A DNA stretch of 64,000 bases from Candidatus Multivoradales bacterium (GTDB lineage: Bacteria > Acidobacteriota > Thermoanaerobaculia > Multivoradales > J023): contig CBDFLE010000006.1 in NCBI GenBank assembly GCA_965248925.1, forward strand, positions 1,344,001 through 1,408,000, written 5' to 3'. Shown piece after piece: positions 7,822 through 17,188 of this stretch (position 1 is its first letter; every line of letters starts with the position of its first letter). The notes beneath the pieces were generated by a model. The model was given only the letters and a program-made list of their open reading frames with translations, was not told the DNA's origin and did no database searches. The translations under genes and the position numbers were made by a program.

Positions 7822-8201
7822 AGGCAGTGAACCTCGAGCTTGTGGCGGCCAAGGCGATGCTTGGGTTGTTGCTGCCGGAGGATCTTCAGGGCGCTGCCGT
7901 GGATGCACTGGAAGAGGGTTGCGATTCGCCCTCACTGAGGATCCTCGCAGGACTGACCAAGGCGGAGGTCGGCGAAGCTCGCCAGCTCTTTGATCGACTT
8001 CTCGCTGAACTTCACGTACCAAAGACCAGTCGGAGGGGAGCCGTGGAACGGCTTGCGAGAGAGAGCGCAAAGGAAATCCTGAGCAGGAAGATTTGGCTCT
8101 CCTCAAATAGGAGTGGGTGGATTTCGCCACACTTGCTGCCGGCCGCCCATAGACGGGCGAGGCCGGCCGGCAGCAAGCATAGCGAAATGATGAGGCTGTA
8201 A
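7818..8201 (+). CDS. Putative immunity protein of the orphan toxin (3' end probably disrupted)
   Basis: ATGA coupling to the orphan toxin stop; helical N-terminal part (DSPSLRILAGL); ORF ends in the probable ISL3 terminus. Confidence 0.55.
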   Translation: MKAVNLELVAAKAMLGLLLPEDLQGAAVDALEEGCDSPSLRILAGLTKAEVGEARQLFDRLLAELHVPKTSRRGAVERLARESAKEILSRKIWLSSNRSGWISPHLLPAAHRRARPAGSKHSEMMRL

Positions 8202-8420
8202 GTAGTTGCCTGCACCGACGGAATCCGACCACCGATTCCGATTGAAAGTGACCAGTGATTCCAACGGAATCTGACCATCGATTCCGATCGAAAGTGACCA
8301 CTTTTCCGGGTCGATCGGAATGGGTGGTCAGATTGGATCGGAATCCTGGCCACGGCGGAGTTCGACGGTAGCGCGCTCCTCACAATTGGGGTATTCCAGC
8401 CTCCTTGAAAGGAGGATTGG

Positions 8421-9995
8421 ATGCCGAGAGTGAGGACATCGATGCGCAAGATACGCGAGGTACTGAGACTGAAATGGCAGCATGGCCTGTCGCACCGCCA
8501 GATCGGACGGTCGGTTCGGCTGGGCCACGGGACGGTGTGCAGCTACCTGCTGCGAGCCAAGGTTGAAGGCCTGAGCTGGGAGCAAGTAGCAGCTTTGAGC
8601 GACGCTGAGCTGGAGCAACGCCTGTACCCTCGGCCGCAGCCGCTTCGGAGGGGTGGTCAGCGAGCCTTGCCCGACTGGACCAAGGTGCATGGCGAGCTGA
8701 AGAAGAAGGGCGTAACCCTGTCGCTGCTGTGGCAAGAGTACCGGGAGGACCATCCCGACGGCTACGGTCTCAGCCGCTTCTGTCAGCTGTACCGGATCTG
8801 GGAAGGGCGCCTGGATGTGTGCCTGCGCCAAGCCTACCGGGCGGGCGAGAAGCTGTTCGTCGACTACGCCGGACAGACCGTGAGGGTGATCGACCCGGCG
8901 ACTGGCAAAGCGCGCGAAGCGCAGATCTTCGTGGCGGTGCTGGGGGCGAGCAATTACACCTATGCCGAAGCAACGTGGAGCCAGGGCCTGGAGGACTGGA
9001 TCGGCTCTCATGTGCGGACCTTCGCGGCTCTGGGCGGGGTGAGCGAGCTGGTGGTGCCGGACAATCTGAAGAGCGGCGTGACCAGCCCGTGCCGCTACGA
9101 GCCGGAGATCAATCGCACCTACGCGGAGTTGGCCGAGCACTACGGCGTGGCGGTGGTGCCGGCGCGGGTGAGGAAGCCCCAAGACAAGGCGAAGGTCGAA
9201 AACGGTGTATTGCAAGTGGAGCGCTGGATTCTGGCCCGGCTGCGTAACCAGCAGTTCTTCAGCCTGCGAGAGCTCAACGAGAGCATCGCGAAGCTTCTGG
9301 TCGAGCTTAACGACCGTCCGCTGAAGGTGTTGGGCGTCTCGCGCCGAGCGCTGTTCGAGCAGGTCGATCGTCCTGCTCTGGGTGCTTTGCCGCTCCAGCC
9401 CTACGAGCTTGCCGAATGGAAGAAGGTACGCGTTGCCCCGGACTACCACGTCGAGTTCGAGGGCCACTATTACAGTGTGCCGTACCAGCTGATCAAGAAG
9501 CAGCTCGATCTGCGGGCGACGGCGCAACTGGTGGAGGTGCTCGATCGCGGCAAGCGTGTGGCTGCTCATCGTCGCAATCGGTGTCGGGGTCGGCACACGA
9601 CCCAGAGCGAGCACATGCCCAAAGCGCACCAGGCGTACCTGGAGTGGACACCGACACGGCTGATCAGCTGGGCGGCGAAAACAGGCCAGGCGACGGCCGA
9701 ACTGGTGGAGACCATCATGCTTAACCGCTCCCATCCTCAGCACGGCTTTCGCTCGTGTCTGGGGCTGATGCGCCTGGGCAAGACCTATGGTGCCAATCGT
9801 TTGGAGGCTGCGTGCCGCCGCGCGCTCGCCATTCACGGCCTGTCCTACAAGAGCGTGAAGTCGATCCTGAAGAGCGGCCTGGACCAGCAAGCAACGCCCG
9901 AGCCCACCGAAGTGACGGCGCCGATCGAGCACCGCAACGTCCGCGGCGCCAGCTACTACAGTGCCGCGCGCCGCGAGGAGACGCCGCCATGCTGA
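8421..9995 (+). CDS. istA: IS21 transposase IstA
   Basis: N-terminal HTH; DDE motifs FVDYAG, VPDNLK and KAKVENGV. Confidence 0.95.
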   Translation: MPRVRTSMRKIREVLRLKWQHGLSHRQIGRSVRLGHGTVCSYLLRAKVEGLSWEQVAALSDAELEQRLYPRPQPLRRGGQRALPDWTKVHGELKKKGVTLSLLWQEYREDHPDGYGLSRFCQLYRIWEGRLDVCLRQAYRAGEKLFVDYAGQTVRVIDPATGKAREAQIFVAVLGASNYTYAEATWSQGLEDWIGSHVRTFAALGGVSELVVPDNLKSGVTSPCRYEPEINRTYAELAEHYGVAVVPARVRKPQDKAKVENGVLQVERWILARLRNQQFFSLRELNESIAKLLVELNDRPLKVLGVSRRALFEQVDRPALGALPLQPYELAEWKKVRVAPDYHVEFEGHYYSVPYQLIKKQLDLRATAQLVEVLDRGKRVAAHRRNRCRGRHTTQSEHMPKAHQAYLEWTPTRLISWAAKTGQATAELVETIMLNRSHPQHGFRSCLGLMRLGKTYGANRLEAACRRALAIHGLSYKSVKSILKSGLDQQATPEPTEVTAPIEHRNVRGASYYSAARREETPPC

Positions 9996-10753
9996 GGCAC
10001 GCGACGCTCGATCAACTCGCCGCGCTCAAGCTCCACGGTATGGCCAAAGCCTTTGAGGAGCAGCTGTTGATGGTCGATGTCTCAGAGCTCTCCTTCGAAG
10101 AGCGCCTCGGGCTGCTGGTCGAGCGCGAAGCGACCGAGCGATCCAGCCGCCGCTTGATAGCGCGGTTGCGAAAAGCCAAGCTGCGCGAGCAGGCGGCCAT
10201 CGAAGACATCGACTGGCGAGCCAAGAGGGGCCTGGACAAAGGCCAGATCCTGCGCCTGGCCTCGTGCCAGTGGATCGCCGAGCATCTCAACGTGCTGATC
10301 ACCGGCAAGGCCGGGGTGGGCAAGACCTTTCTCGCCTGCGCCTTCGCGCACAAGGCATGTCGGGAGGGTTACACCGCTTTGTACCTGCGGGTGCCGAGGC
10401 TGTTTCGCCAGCTCGCCATCGCGCGGGGTGATGGTAGCTACGAGAAGCTGCTCAAGAGCTATGCTCGCACAGACCTGCTCATCCTCGACGACTGGGGGCT
10501 GGCGCCGATCGGGGCCAGCGAGCGGCGCGACCTGCTCGAGATTCTTGAGGACCGCTACGGCAACCGCTCCACGCTGGTGACCTCCCAGCTACCGGTTGAG
10601 AGCTGGTACGAGGTCATCGGCGATCCGACCTTGGCCGACGCCATCCTCGATCGCATTGTCCACGGCGCCTACAAGCTCGCGGTGGACGGTGACTCCATGC
10701 GGGCGAAGAGAGCCGGCGGTATTCGCAAGGCCGCCCAGCGAGAGGCAAGGTGA
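9989..10753 (+). CDS. istB: IS21 helper ATPase IstB
   Basis: GKAGVGKT Walker A, LILDDWG Walker B, ADAILDRIVH; ATG at 9989. Confidence 0.95.
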   Translation: MLRHATLDQLAALKLHGMAKAFEEQLLMVDVSELSFEERLGLLVEREATERSSRRLIARLRKAKLREQAAIEDIDWRAKRGLDKGQILRLASCQWIAEHLNVLITGKAGVGKTFLACAFAHKACREGYTALYLRVPRLFRQLAIARGDGSYEKLLKSYARTDLLILDDWGLAPIGASERRDLLEILEDRYGNRSTLVTSQLPVESWYEVIGDPTLADAILDRIVHGAYKLAVDGDSMRAKRAGGIRKAAQREAR

Positions 10754-11179
10754 GATCCAAGAGCATGCTGAAGCGATCGCCGATCCTGACCCATCAGCGG
10801 GCCTGCGGCCCGATCCGGACCCGACCCAAGATGGACTGTGGAAGCTGCCGCGGTTGTGGAAATCGCTCTGCGATTCCCACAACCGCTTGGAAAACGCCCC
10901 CCGGCCATCCAACCTGCGTTTCCCACAGCTACGCACAGCCCCGACGACGGGTTATTTGAATACAATCAACCAAGAAGAAAAGCCGGAAGGAGGGCTCCAG
11001 CTACAGCGAAAGTGGACACCTACAACTGAGGAGAGCGCCAGCGTCGCTTCGCTCCGACAAGTGGTCGGTTTCGATCGGAATGGCTGGTCAGTTTCGTCGG
11101 AATAGGCAAGTAGTTGAAAACGCACAGGGTTTCCTGTACTCCTTGGAAGTACTACGAACCGAGGAGGAAGGGTCACCCC

Positions 11180-12412
11180 ATGCGCATCACTACTGTATTC
11201 CGTCGCCTTCTGGCTGTCACGAAGATGTACGTCGAAGACGTCGCGTTCACCGTCGAGGGTGGACTCGCGATCCAGGTCCGGCCGACCTGGCGTGTTTCCC
11301 GGTGCGGGCACTGCGGCCGGAAGGCCTCGCGGTATGATCGCCGACCTGTGCGCCGGTGGCGGCATGTCCCATGGGGACGGGCGTCTGTGGAGCTGATTTA
11401 TGAGCCTTGGCGGGTGAACTGCCGCGATTGCGGTGTGCGCGTCGAGCTGGTTCCGTGGGCCGACCAGGGTAGCCGCTTCACCTACGACTTTGAAGAGTTG
11501 GCAGCCTACCTGGCACAGGTCACTGACAAGACTCAAGTCCAACGACTCCTCGCCATCTCTTGGCAGACCGTCGGCTCGATCGTCAAGCGGGTCGTGGCAC
11601 GTCGCCTCGATCCTGAGCGCCTCCTGGGCCTGCGCCGGATTGGCATCGATGAGTTCAGCTATCGTAAGCGGCATAGGTACCTGACGATTGTCGGCGACCA
11701 TGATCGCCGGCGCGTCGTTTGGACGGGCGAAGGCAAAAGTTCCGAGACACTGGCACCCTTTTTCGAACTCCTGGGCAAGGAGCGGTGCCAGGAGGTCGAG
11801 ACCGTCACCATCAACCTTTCCGCAGCCTTCATCAAGGCCGCCCGTGAAGGGCTGTCGAAGGCAGAAGTCGTCTTCGATCGCTTCCATGTACAGCGCTTGG
11901 CTTCCGCCGCGGTTGACGGAGTGCGGCGCAGCATCGTCCGCGAGCTGGCGATCGATCCCGAGAGGGCTCGAGCCGTCAAGAGCACCCGCTACGTCCTGCT
12001 CAAGAATCCTTGGAACCTGAGTCTCGCCCAGCGCAGTAAGCTCGCGGAAATCCAAGCTACGAACCGGCGCCTGTACCGAGCTTACCTCCTCAAAGAGACG
12101 TTGGCTCAAGCCCTCGACTATCGCCAACCATGGCGGGCAGAGATGGCACTCGGCGAATGGCTGGCTTGGGCGTCGAGATCTAAGCTCAAGCCATTTGTCA
12201 AGGCCGCTCGAACGATCCGCAAACACCGGGTCGGCATTCTCGCCTACATCAGAACACGCCTCACCAATGGACTCGTCGAAGGGATCAACGGGAAGATCAG
12301 AATGATCGCCCGGCGTGCTTTTGGATTCCACTCCCATCAAGCACTCTCTGCCATGATCTTCCTCAACTGTGGCGGCATCGAACTACAGCCTCCGGTACCC
12401 ACTGCAAGTTGA
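11180..12412 (+). CDS. ISL3 family transposase (probably inactive)
   Basis: zf-ISL3 Cys pairs, GIDEF, VFDRFHV, TNGLVEGINGKI; expected second Asp reads Asn (TINLS). Confidence 0.9.
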   Translation: MRITTVFRRLLAVTKMYVEDVAFTVEGGLAIQVRPTWRVSRCGHCGRKASRYDRRPVRRWRHVPWGRASVELIYEPWRVNCRDCGVRVELVPWADQGSRFTYDFEELAAYLAQVTDKTQVQRLLAISWQTVGSIVKRVVARRLDPERLLGLRRIGIDEFSYRKRHRYLTIVGDHDRRRVVWTGEGKSSETLAPFFELLGKERCQEVETVTINLSAAFIKAAREGLSKAEVVFDRFHVQRLASAAVDGVRRSIVRELAIDPERARAVKSTRYVLLKNPWNLSLAQRSKLAEIQATNRRLYRAYLLKETLAQALDYRQPWRAEMALGEWLAWASRSKLKPFVKAARTIRKHRVGILAYIRTRLTNGLVEGINGKIRMIARRAFGFHSHQALSAMIFLNCGGIELQPPVPTAS

Positions 12413-12506
12413 GGAGAGTCTCAATGTGCGCTATGCCGTAAGACCTCGCCCCGCCCCACCTGGACAGATTGGCCTCAGTCGGGTAGCGAGTTGCGTCGTT
12501 CGGCGG

Positions 12507-13083
12507 TCAATCGCCGGGAATGGCCGGCAGGGTGACGGTGCCGGGTTTTTCGAGAGCGGCCCGAGTCGCCTTGAGCAGGTACGCGTAGGGCTCATCGCCG
12601 GCAAGCTTGGCGCTCTCGGTGAGGCTGTAGAGGATCGCCGCGACCTCGGTTCCCCGCTTGGAGCGCGACCCGTAGTGGTTCTTGCGTCCGATGACGACGC
12701 CTCGCAGCTCCCGCTCTGCAAGGTTGTTGTCGAGGGGAATTAGGGGGTTTTCAAGAAAACGCGTTAGCCCTTTCCAATGGCCGAGCAGGTAGTTGACTGC
12801 CTTGCCCAATCCGCTGCGCGGCAGGGCTACGGGTCTGGTCTCCATAGCCCAAGCTTGCAGCTTTTTGAGAATGGGCCCGGAGTGCTCGGCGCGCAGCTTC
12901 AGGCGCAGATCCAGAAGCTCTTGCGGCTCCGGAACTTGGATAGCCGGTACCTTCCGCTCCACTTTGAAAAGATCGCTGATCATGTCCAGCGCTTGACCAC
13001 AGTGTTTTGGGTAGTTGTGCTCTGCGTCGGCGAATTTTCTTCGTGCGTGTGCCCAGCAGTGGGCCAGTGTGAATCCAGGACCG
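12507..13083 (-). pseudogene. tnpC: IS66 transposase TnpC, C-terminal fragment
   Basis: LAHCWAHARRKF and DNNLAERELRGVVIGRKN motifs. Confidence 0.88.
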
Positions 13084-13161
13084 CGGAATGTGTCAATGAG
13101 AATGAGACACTTTCTTCTGGGAATTAGTACGGAATCCAGAACTCCTGACATACCCTTTTTC

Positions 13162-15555
13162 TCAAATGTCCGGTTGAGCCTCTCCGGAGGTGTTCCGAGG
13201 CCCTGGGAAGGCCAGGCTCCGGGGTGGCGCCTTCTTGATCGCGAACCGCATCCGTAGCTCGGTGCCGGGGAAGTGGGTGGCGGTAGCGTTGAGTTCTTCG
13301 CAGACGGCGGCGATCGCCGCCGTCTTGTGGGGAGAGCTGAGCGGGTCGATGGAAAGGAGCAGCACGGTGTCGGTAACCTCCATATCGCCGCCGGCCGCGA
13401 AAGCGCTTTGGATCAGGGTGCGTCCCTCCTGCTCGGTGCGGCGGTAGTGGGGTGATAGGAGCCGGAGAAGATCACCTTCGGCCTGGTAGGCGACCATCTT
13501 GAGAATATCGGTGAGGTGCTTGCGCTCGACGGACAGCTTGATGACATCCGCTTCGACGACCTCTTGGACGGGGACGCGGACGGGGAGGGTCGCGCGCTGG
13601 TTCTCGAGTTCGGTGATCTGCTCTATCGCTGCCCGGACCCTGGCGGAGATGGCGGCGTTGGCGATCTTGAATCCGCGCATCGTGCGCCGCCGATCCTCGC
13701 GGTTTTCAAGAGCAGCGATCCCGATGTGGGCCCGGAGCTGCTCGAGATGTGCGTGAGCTTTGCGCAGCTCTGCATTGATCTTGCCGCGCTCGGGATTCGG
13801 CACATCGCGGGCGGCGTCCGCTGGCTCGGTGCCATAGTCCACCAGGGCATCGAGTGCGAATTCTTCGCGCAGGTATTTGAAGAAGTTCTCTTGCCTCCAA
13901 CGATCGAACATGCGGTAGGCGACCTCGAGTGTGGAGAGGTCGCGGCGGGAGGTGATGATGGACGTCTGGTGGCCGTTGTCGCAGAGGCGGGTGACCTGGC
14001 GCAGGTACAGCCGCTTGCGCTTCTTCCTCGGGCCATACTCGAGGTAGATACGCTGATCGGCGAGGAGGTACTCGAGCTTCCGCCCGTGGATCGTGTCCTT
14101 GATCTGCCCGAACTTGCTCAACGGCACCGGACGAAAGGGGGCCTTTCGGTATGTGAGGATGTCGAACTTCTTGGCGATGAGCTTCGCAAACAGCTTCGGG
14201 CTCCAACCCCCACGGTCGAAGACGACGGTGACTCGCCGGTCTCCGAGTAGCTTTCGTACCTCTTCGAGAATGAGGGGAAGCATCGTCGCAAGCCCCTTGT
14301 TGGCCTCGGTGGGAACCACGAAGAGAGGCTCGCTCTCAGCATCGTTGACCCAGTAGTCGGTGGTGGCCGGCATCGCGATCCGCATCCGCGCTACGTGTGT
14401 CTTGGGAATCTCTCGGCCACCGTGGTAGGCGCGCACATGCCCGTCCACGTAGAGGAAGCCCATGGCATGGCCCCTGGTGGCGACCCGGCGCTGAGCGAGG
14501 GCGCGACCGAGATCCGCGGCCAGGCCATGCGCGGCCAGCCGAGCGAGCTTGTTGCGCAAGGTTTTCACTTCCGGCGCTCGGTCGAGCCCGAGAAGCTGAC
14601 CCAAATGCCGGGGTGAGCGCTCCTTGAGCCCTTCGGGTCGCTTGACCCGCAACAGTGCCATCAGCAGCAGGGTTACCAGAGTGGTGCGCAGCCCATAGAA
14701 GGCCGGCCCGATGCTGCCGTACAGCTCCTGCGCGATGGAGAGCACGCCGCTGTCCACCAGGGCGGGAATCGCCAGCAGAGCACCGGCGCCCGGTAGCTGG
14801 GTCGCCGCTCCGAAGATCGGCGCCGCATCATCGAGGAATCCCAGCCTCGCCAGCAGCCGATCGCTGGCGCGATCCGCTGGATCGAGGTCCAGCGAGAGGG
14901 GAACCTGATCTTGCTCGGACGCAGAAGCGGACAGTTTTGGGTCCGCAGCCGCTGGGTCACCGCCACCCTCAGCGTCGAGCGCAAGATCCGCAGTTTTCAG
15001 GGGGCCGTCGACCTGCTGCTCATCAGAGCCGGACAGTTTTGGGTCCGCACTCTCGAAGGGCATCGTCATCTGCACTACCGACCGCTCTTTCCAGCCCAGG
15101 CGCTTGGCGAGCTTGCGAACGGCCTTCTCATCGATGCCCAGCCGCCGGCCAATCTCGCGATTCGACACACCCTCGGCCTTCCAGCCGTTGACCGCGTCCA
15201 GGCGGCCCTGCGCTACCCGAGACTGACCCCGGGGAAAACCGCGCGGCCGGCCCAGAGCAGCCAGCCCACCTTCTTCGAAGCGGCGCTGATTCCGGCGCAC
15301 AGTCCGCACATCACAAGCGAACGCAAGGGCCACCTCGCGTTGCTGTGCCCAGCCCAATTCAACGAGACTCACCATCGCGTGGGCCTCGCCTGTCCTGTCG
15401 CCGGCAGCGAAGTGAGCGAGCGGCATGCCGCTGACCACCACCACCCGATAGCCGCCCCTCTGCTGGAGGCGGCAGCGGTCGTTGATCACCACAACCCCAT
15501 CGGGGACCCCGGCGTGGTCTGGGAACAGGACGGTGTGCTCGCTCGTCAGTGCCAT
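13162..15555 (-). CDS. Large putative DDE transposase with two N-terminal HTH motifs
   Basis: YVDGH, FDRGG and RWRQENFFK (IS4-superfamily-like) motifs; bounded by IRs. Confidence 0.8.
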   Translation of the reverse strand: MALTSEHTVLFPDHAGVPDGVVVINDRCRLQQRGGYRVVVVSGMPLAHFAAGDRTGEAHAMVSLVELGWAQQREVALAFACDVRTVRRNQRRFEEGGLAALGRPRGFPRGQSRVAQGRLDAVNGWKAEGVSNREIGRRLGIDEKAVRKLAKRLGWKERSVVQMTMPFESADPKLSGSDEQQVDGPLKTADLALDAEGGGDPAAADPKLSASASEQDQVPLSLDLDPADRASDRLLARLGFLDDAAPIFGAATQLPGAGALLAIPALVDSGVLSIAQELYGSIGPAFYGLRTTLVTLLLMALLRVKRPEGLKERSPRHLGQLLGLDRAPEVKTLRNKLARLAAHGLAADLGRALAQRRVATRGHAMGFLYVDGHVRAYHGGREIPKTHVARMRIAMPATTDYWVNDAESEPLFVVPTEANKGLATMLPLILEEVRKLLGDRRVTVVFDRGGWSPKLFAKLIAKKFDILTYRKAPFRPVPLSKFGQIKDTIHGRKLEYLLADQRIYLEYGPRKKRKRLYLRQVTRLCDNGHQTSIITSRRDLSTLEVAYRMFDRWRQENFFKYLREEFALDALVDYGTEPADAARDVPNPERGKINAELRKAHAHLEQLRAHIGIAALENREDRRRTMRGFKIANAAISARVRAAIEQITELENQRATLPVRVPVQEVVEADVIKLSVERKHLTDILKMVAYQAEGDLLRLLSPHYRRTEQEGRTLIQSAFAAGGDMEVTDTVLLLSIDPLSSPHKTAAIAAVCEELNATATHFPGTELRMRFAIKKAPPRSLAFPGPRNTSGEAQPDI

Positions 15556-15604
15556 GCTCGATCATGCCTCGGCACCGAAAAAAGCGGACAGTTTTGGGTC
15601 CGCA
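14928..15604. repeat. Three perfect copies of CGGACAGTTTTGGGTCCGCA
   Basis: Copies at 14928-14947, 15030-15049 and 15585-15604. Confidence 0.85.
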
Positions 15605-15639
15605 CCACCTCTGAGGGGCGGTCCTGTGTTTTCAGAGGG

Positions 15640-16779
15640 TTAGGAGGGGTAGGTCAGGAGGTCTGGAATCGGTAGTGGCTCCGGCACCATCGCTTTCAAC
15701 GAGGGCGCGCAGGCAGGTGTCTCGCCTGGTGCGTCGTCGTCTACGCGGTGTGTCACCTCGTTCTCGGTATCGGCTGGGTCAGTGCTGGTGGTGGTGATCG
15801 GCGGGTTGATCCAGACCTCGCCACTGGGCTCCGGCAAAGCCGGCGTTCGCCGCTTGAAGCGGCTCGGATGAGCGGCTGAGGCGGCGGCGAGGACTTCTCG
15901 ACGTTGCTCCAGCACTGAGGCCGTGAGGCCGTAGTGGACGGTCTCTGGCGTCAACAAACCGAGTCCTGTGTGGTAGTGCTGCGTGTTGTACCAGCCGAGG
16001 AACGAGCGGCAGAACGCTCGTGCATCTTCCAGTGATCCGAAGCGGTCGGGAAAGCTCGGATGGTACTTGAGCGTCTTGAACTGGGCCTCAGAGAACGGAT
16101 TGTCGTTGCTCGTGTAGGGCCGGTTCAGCGACCGTGTCATCCCGAGATCGGCCAGCAGTAGAGCCACTGGCTTGGATGTCATGCTCGAACCGCGGTCCGA
16201 GTGCAAGGTAAGTCGATCTCGCTCAACACCTTGCTTCTCAACACTGTCGGCGATCAACCGCTTCGCGAGTCCTCCGGACTCGCGGGAGGCGAGCATCCAG
16301 CCGACGATGTAGCGGCTGAAGACGTCCAGAATTACGTAAAGGTAGTAGTAGGTCCACTTCACCGGGCCCTTGAGCTTGGTGATGTCCCACGACCACACCT
16401 CGTTCGGCCCTGTGGCCAGCAGTTCGGGCTTGGTGTAGTTGGGATGACGCCGCTGACGGCGTCGCTCGCGCAGCTCGCCCTCAGACTCCAGGACCCGGTA
16501 CATGGTGCGCACCGAGCAGATATGGCGCTGGTCCTCGTCCAGCAGCGCCGCCCAGACTTGACGCGGCGAGCGGTCGACGAAGCGCTCCGAGTGCAACACA
16601 TCGAGGACCTCCTGGCGTTCAGCGGGCGTCAATGCCAGCGGCGGTCGACGCCGCGTCAATAGTCTCGGCCCTGCGCTCTGCTGCCGACGGCGGCGATAGA
16701 AAGTGGCTCTGGGGACCGCCAAGGCGACGCAGGCTGCTTGCACCCCCACCGTCAATGCCAGCGGCGCCACAGCGCTCAT
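15640..16779 (-). CDS. IS3 family transposase OrfB (rve integrase core)
   Basis: WSWDITK, LHSDRGS and NDNPFSEAQFKTLK DDE motifs. Confidence 0.92.
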   Translation of the reverse strand: MSAVAPLALTVGVQAACVALAVPRATFYRRRRQQSAGPRLLTRRRPPLALTPAERQEVLDVLHSERFVDRSPRQVWAALLDEDQRHICSVRTMYRVLESEGELRERRRQRRHPNYTKPELLATGPNEVWSWDITKLKGPVKWTYYYLYVILDVFSRYIVGWMLASRESGGLAKRLIADSVEKQGVERDRLTLHSDRGSSMTSKPVALLLADLGMTRSLNRPYTSNDNPFSEAQFKTLKYHPSFPDRFGSLEDARAFCRSFLGWYNTQHYHTGLGLLTPETVHYGLTASVLEQRREVLAAASAAHPSRFKRRTPALPEPSGEVWINPPITTTSTDPADTENEVTHRVDDDAPGETPACAPSLKAMVPEPLPIPDLLTYPS

Positions 16780-17188
16780 GACTGGCTCTCGCTCGGCTCG
16801 ATCCCTAGCAGTCGGGAAAGTTTTTTTTGGACATCGATGATCGTCTCGGCTTTGTACAGCTGATGCTTGAGCCGGGCAATCTCACGCTCAAGCTCCGCGA
16901 CGCGGCGGGCCTCAGCAGAGACCGACCGACGCTTACGACCGCGCTTCTTCGACAAACCGGCCAGAGCACTGGCATCGCGTTGTTGGCGCCAATTCGATAG
17001 TAGAGATGAATACAGACCCTCCCGGCGAAGCAGGGCGCCAATCTCGCCGGGCTTGCTACACGCGTCGGCGGCCTGGACGATGCTCAGCTTGTACGACGCG
17101 CTGTACCGCCGCCGCTTCGCCTTCTCAGTTACCTCGGGATCTGGTCGGTCAGCACTCATATCTCGCAGCTCGTGGCTTGGACTCGCCA
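16776..17188 (-). CDS. IS3 family OrfA (HTH + leucine zipper); -1 frameshift to OrfB likely
   Basis: RRRYSASYKLSIV..LRREGLYSS..WR; A8 run (16821-16828) whose -1 frame is open into orfB; start uncertain. Confidence 0.85.

Larger units (their letters stand above)
263..8190. mobile_element. Integrative element: XRE / SymE x2 / primase-helicase / tyrosine recombinase / Rhs toxin-immunity cargo (boundaries approximate)
   Basis: Repressor divergent from a coupled operon with replication and integration genes, followed by toxin-immunity cargo; att sites not identified. Confidence 0.7.
8207..11108 (+). mobile_element. IS21-family insertion sequence
   Basis: Termini TGCCT.../...AGGCA; multiple subterminal ~22-bp repeats (GATTCCGATYGAAAGTGACCA); 6-bp target duplication AGTAGT at 8201-8206 and 11109-11114. 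Confidence 0.92.
8194..12420 (+). mobile_element. ISL3-family element interrupted near its left end by IS21
   Basis: Removing IS21 rejoins GGCTGTAAGTAGTTGAAAAC upstream of the ISL3 transposase; right end ...GAGAGTC at 12420; inverted repeats weak, no target duplication seen. Confidence 0.55.
13137..15665 (-). mobile_element. Single-gene DDE transposon nested in the IS3-like element
   Basis: IRs CAGAACTCCTGACATACCC / CAGACCTCCTGACCTACCC; GAATC duplication at 13132-13136 and 15666-15670. Confidence 0.85.

Noticed and set aside
8211-8345. Regularly spaced ~22-bp repeats resembling a mini CRISPR array
   Set aside because: No unique spacers; they mirror the right-end repeats at 11061-11108 and are the usual IS21 terminal transposase-binding repeats
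8328-9932. 534-aa antisense ORF over istA (also 10952-12340 over ISL3)
   Set aside because: Shadow ORFs of high-GC coding sequence with no recognisable motifs
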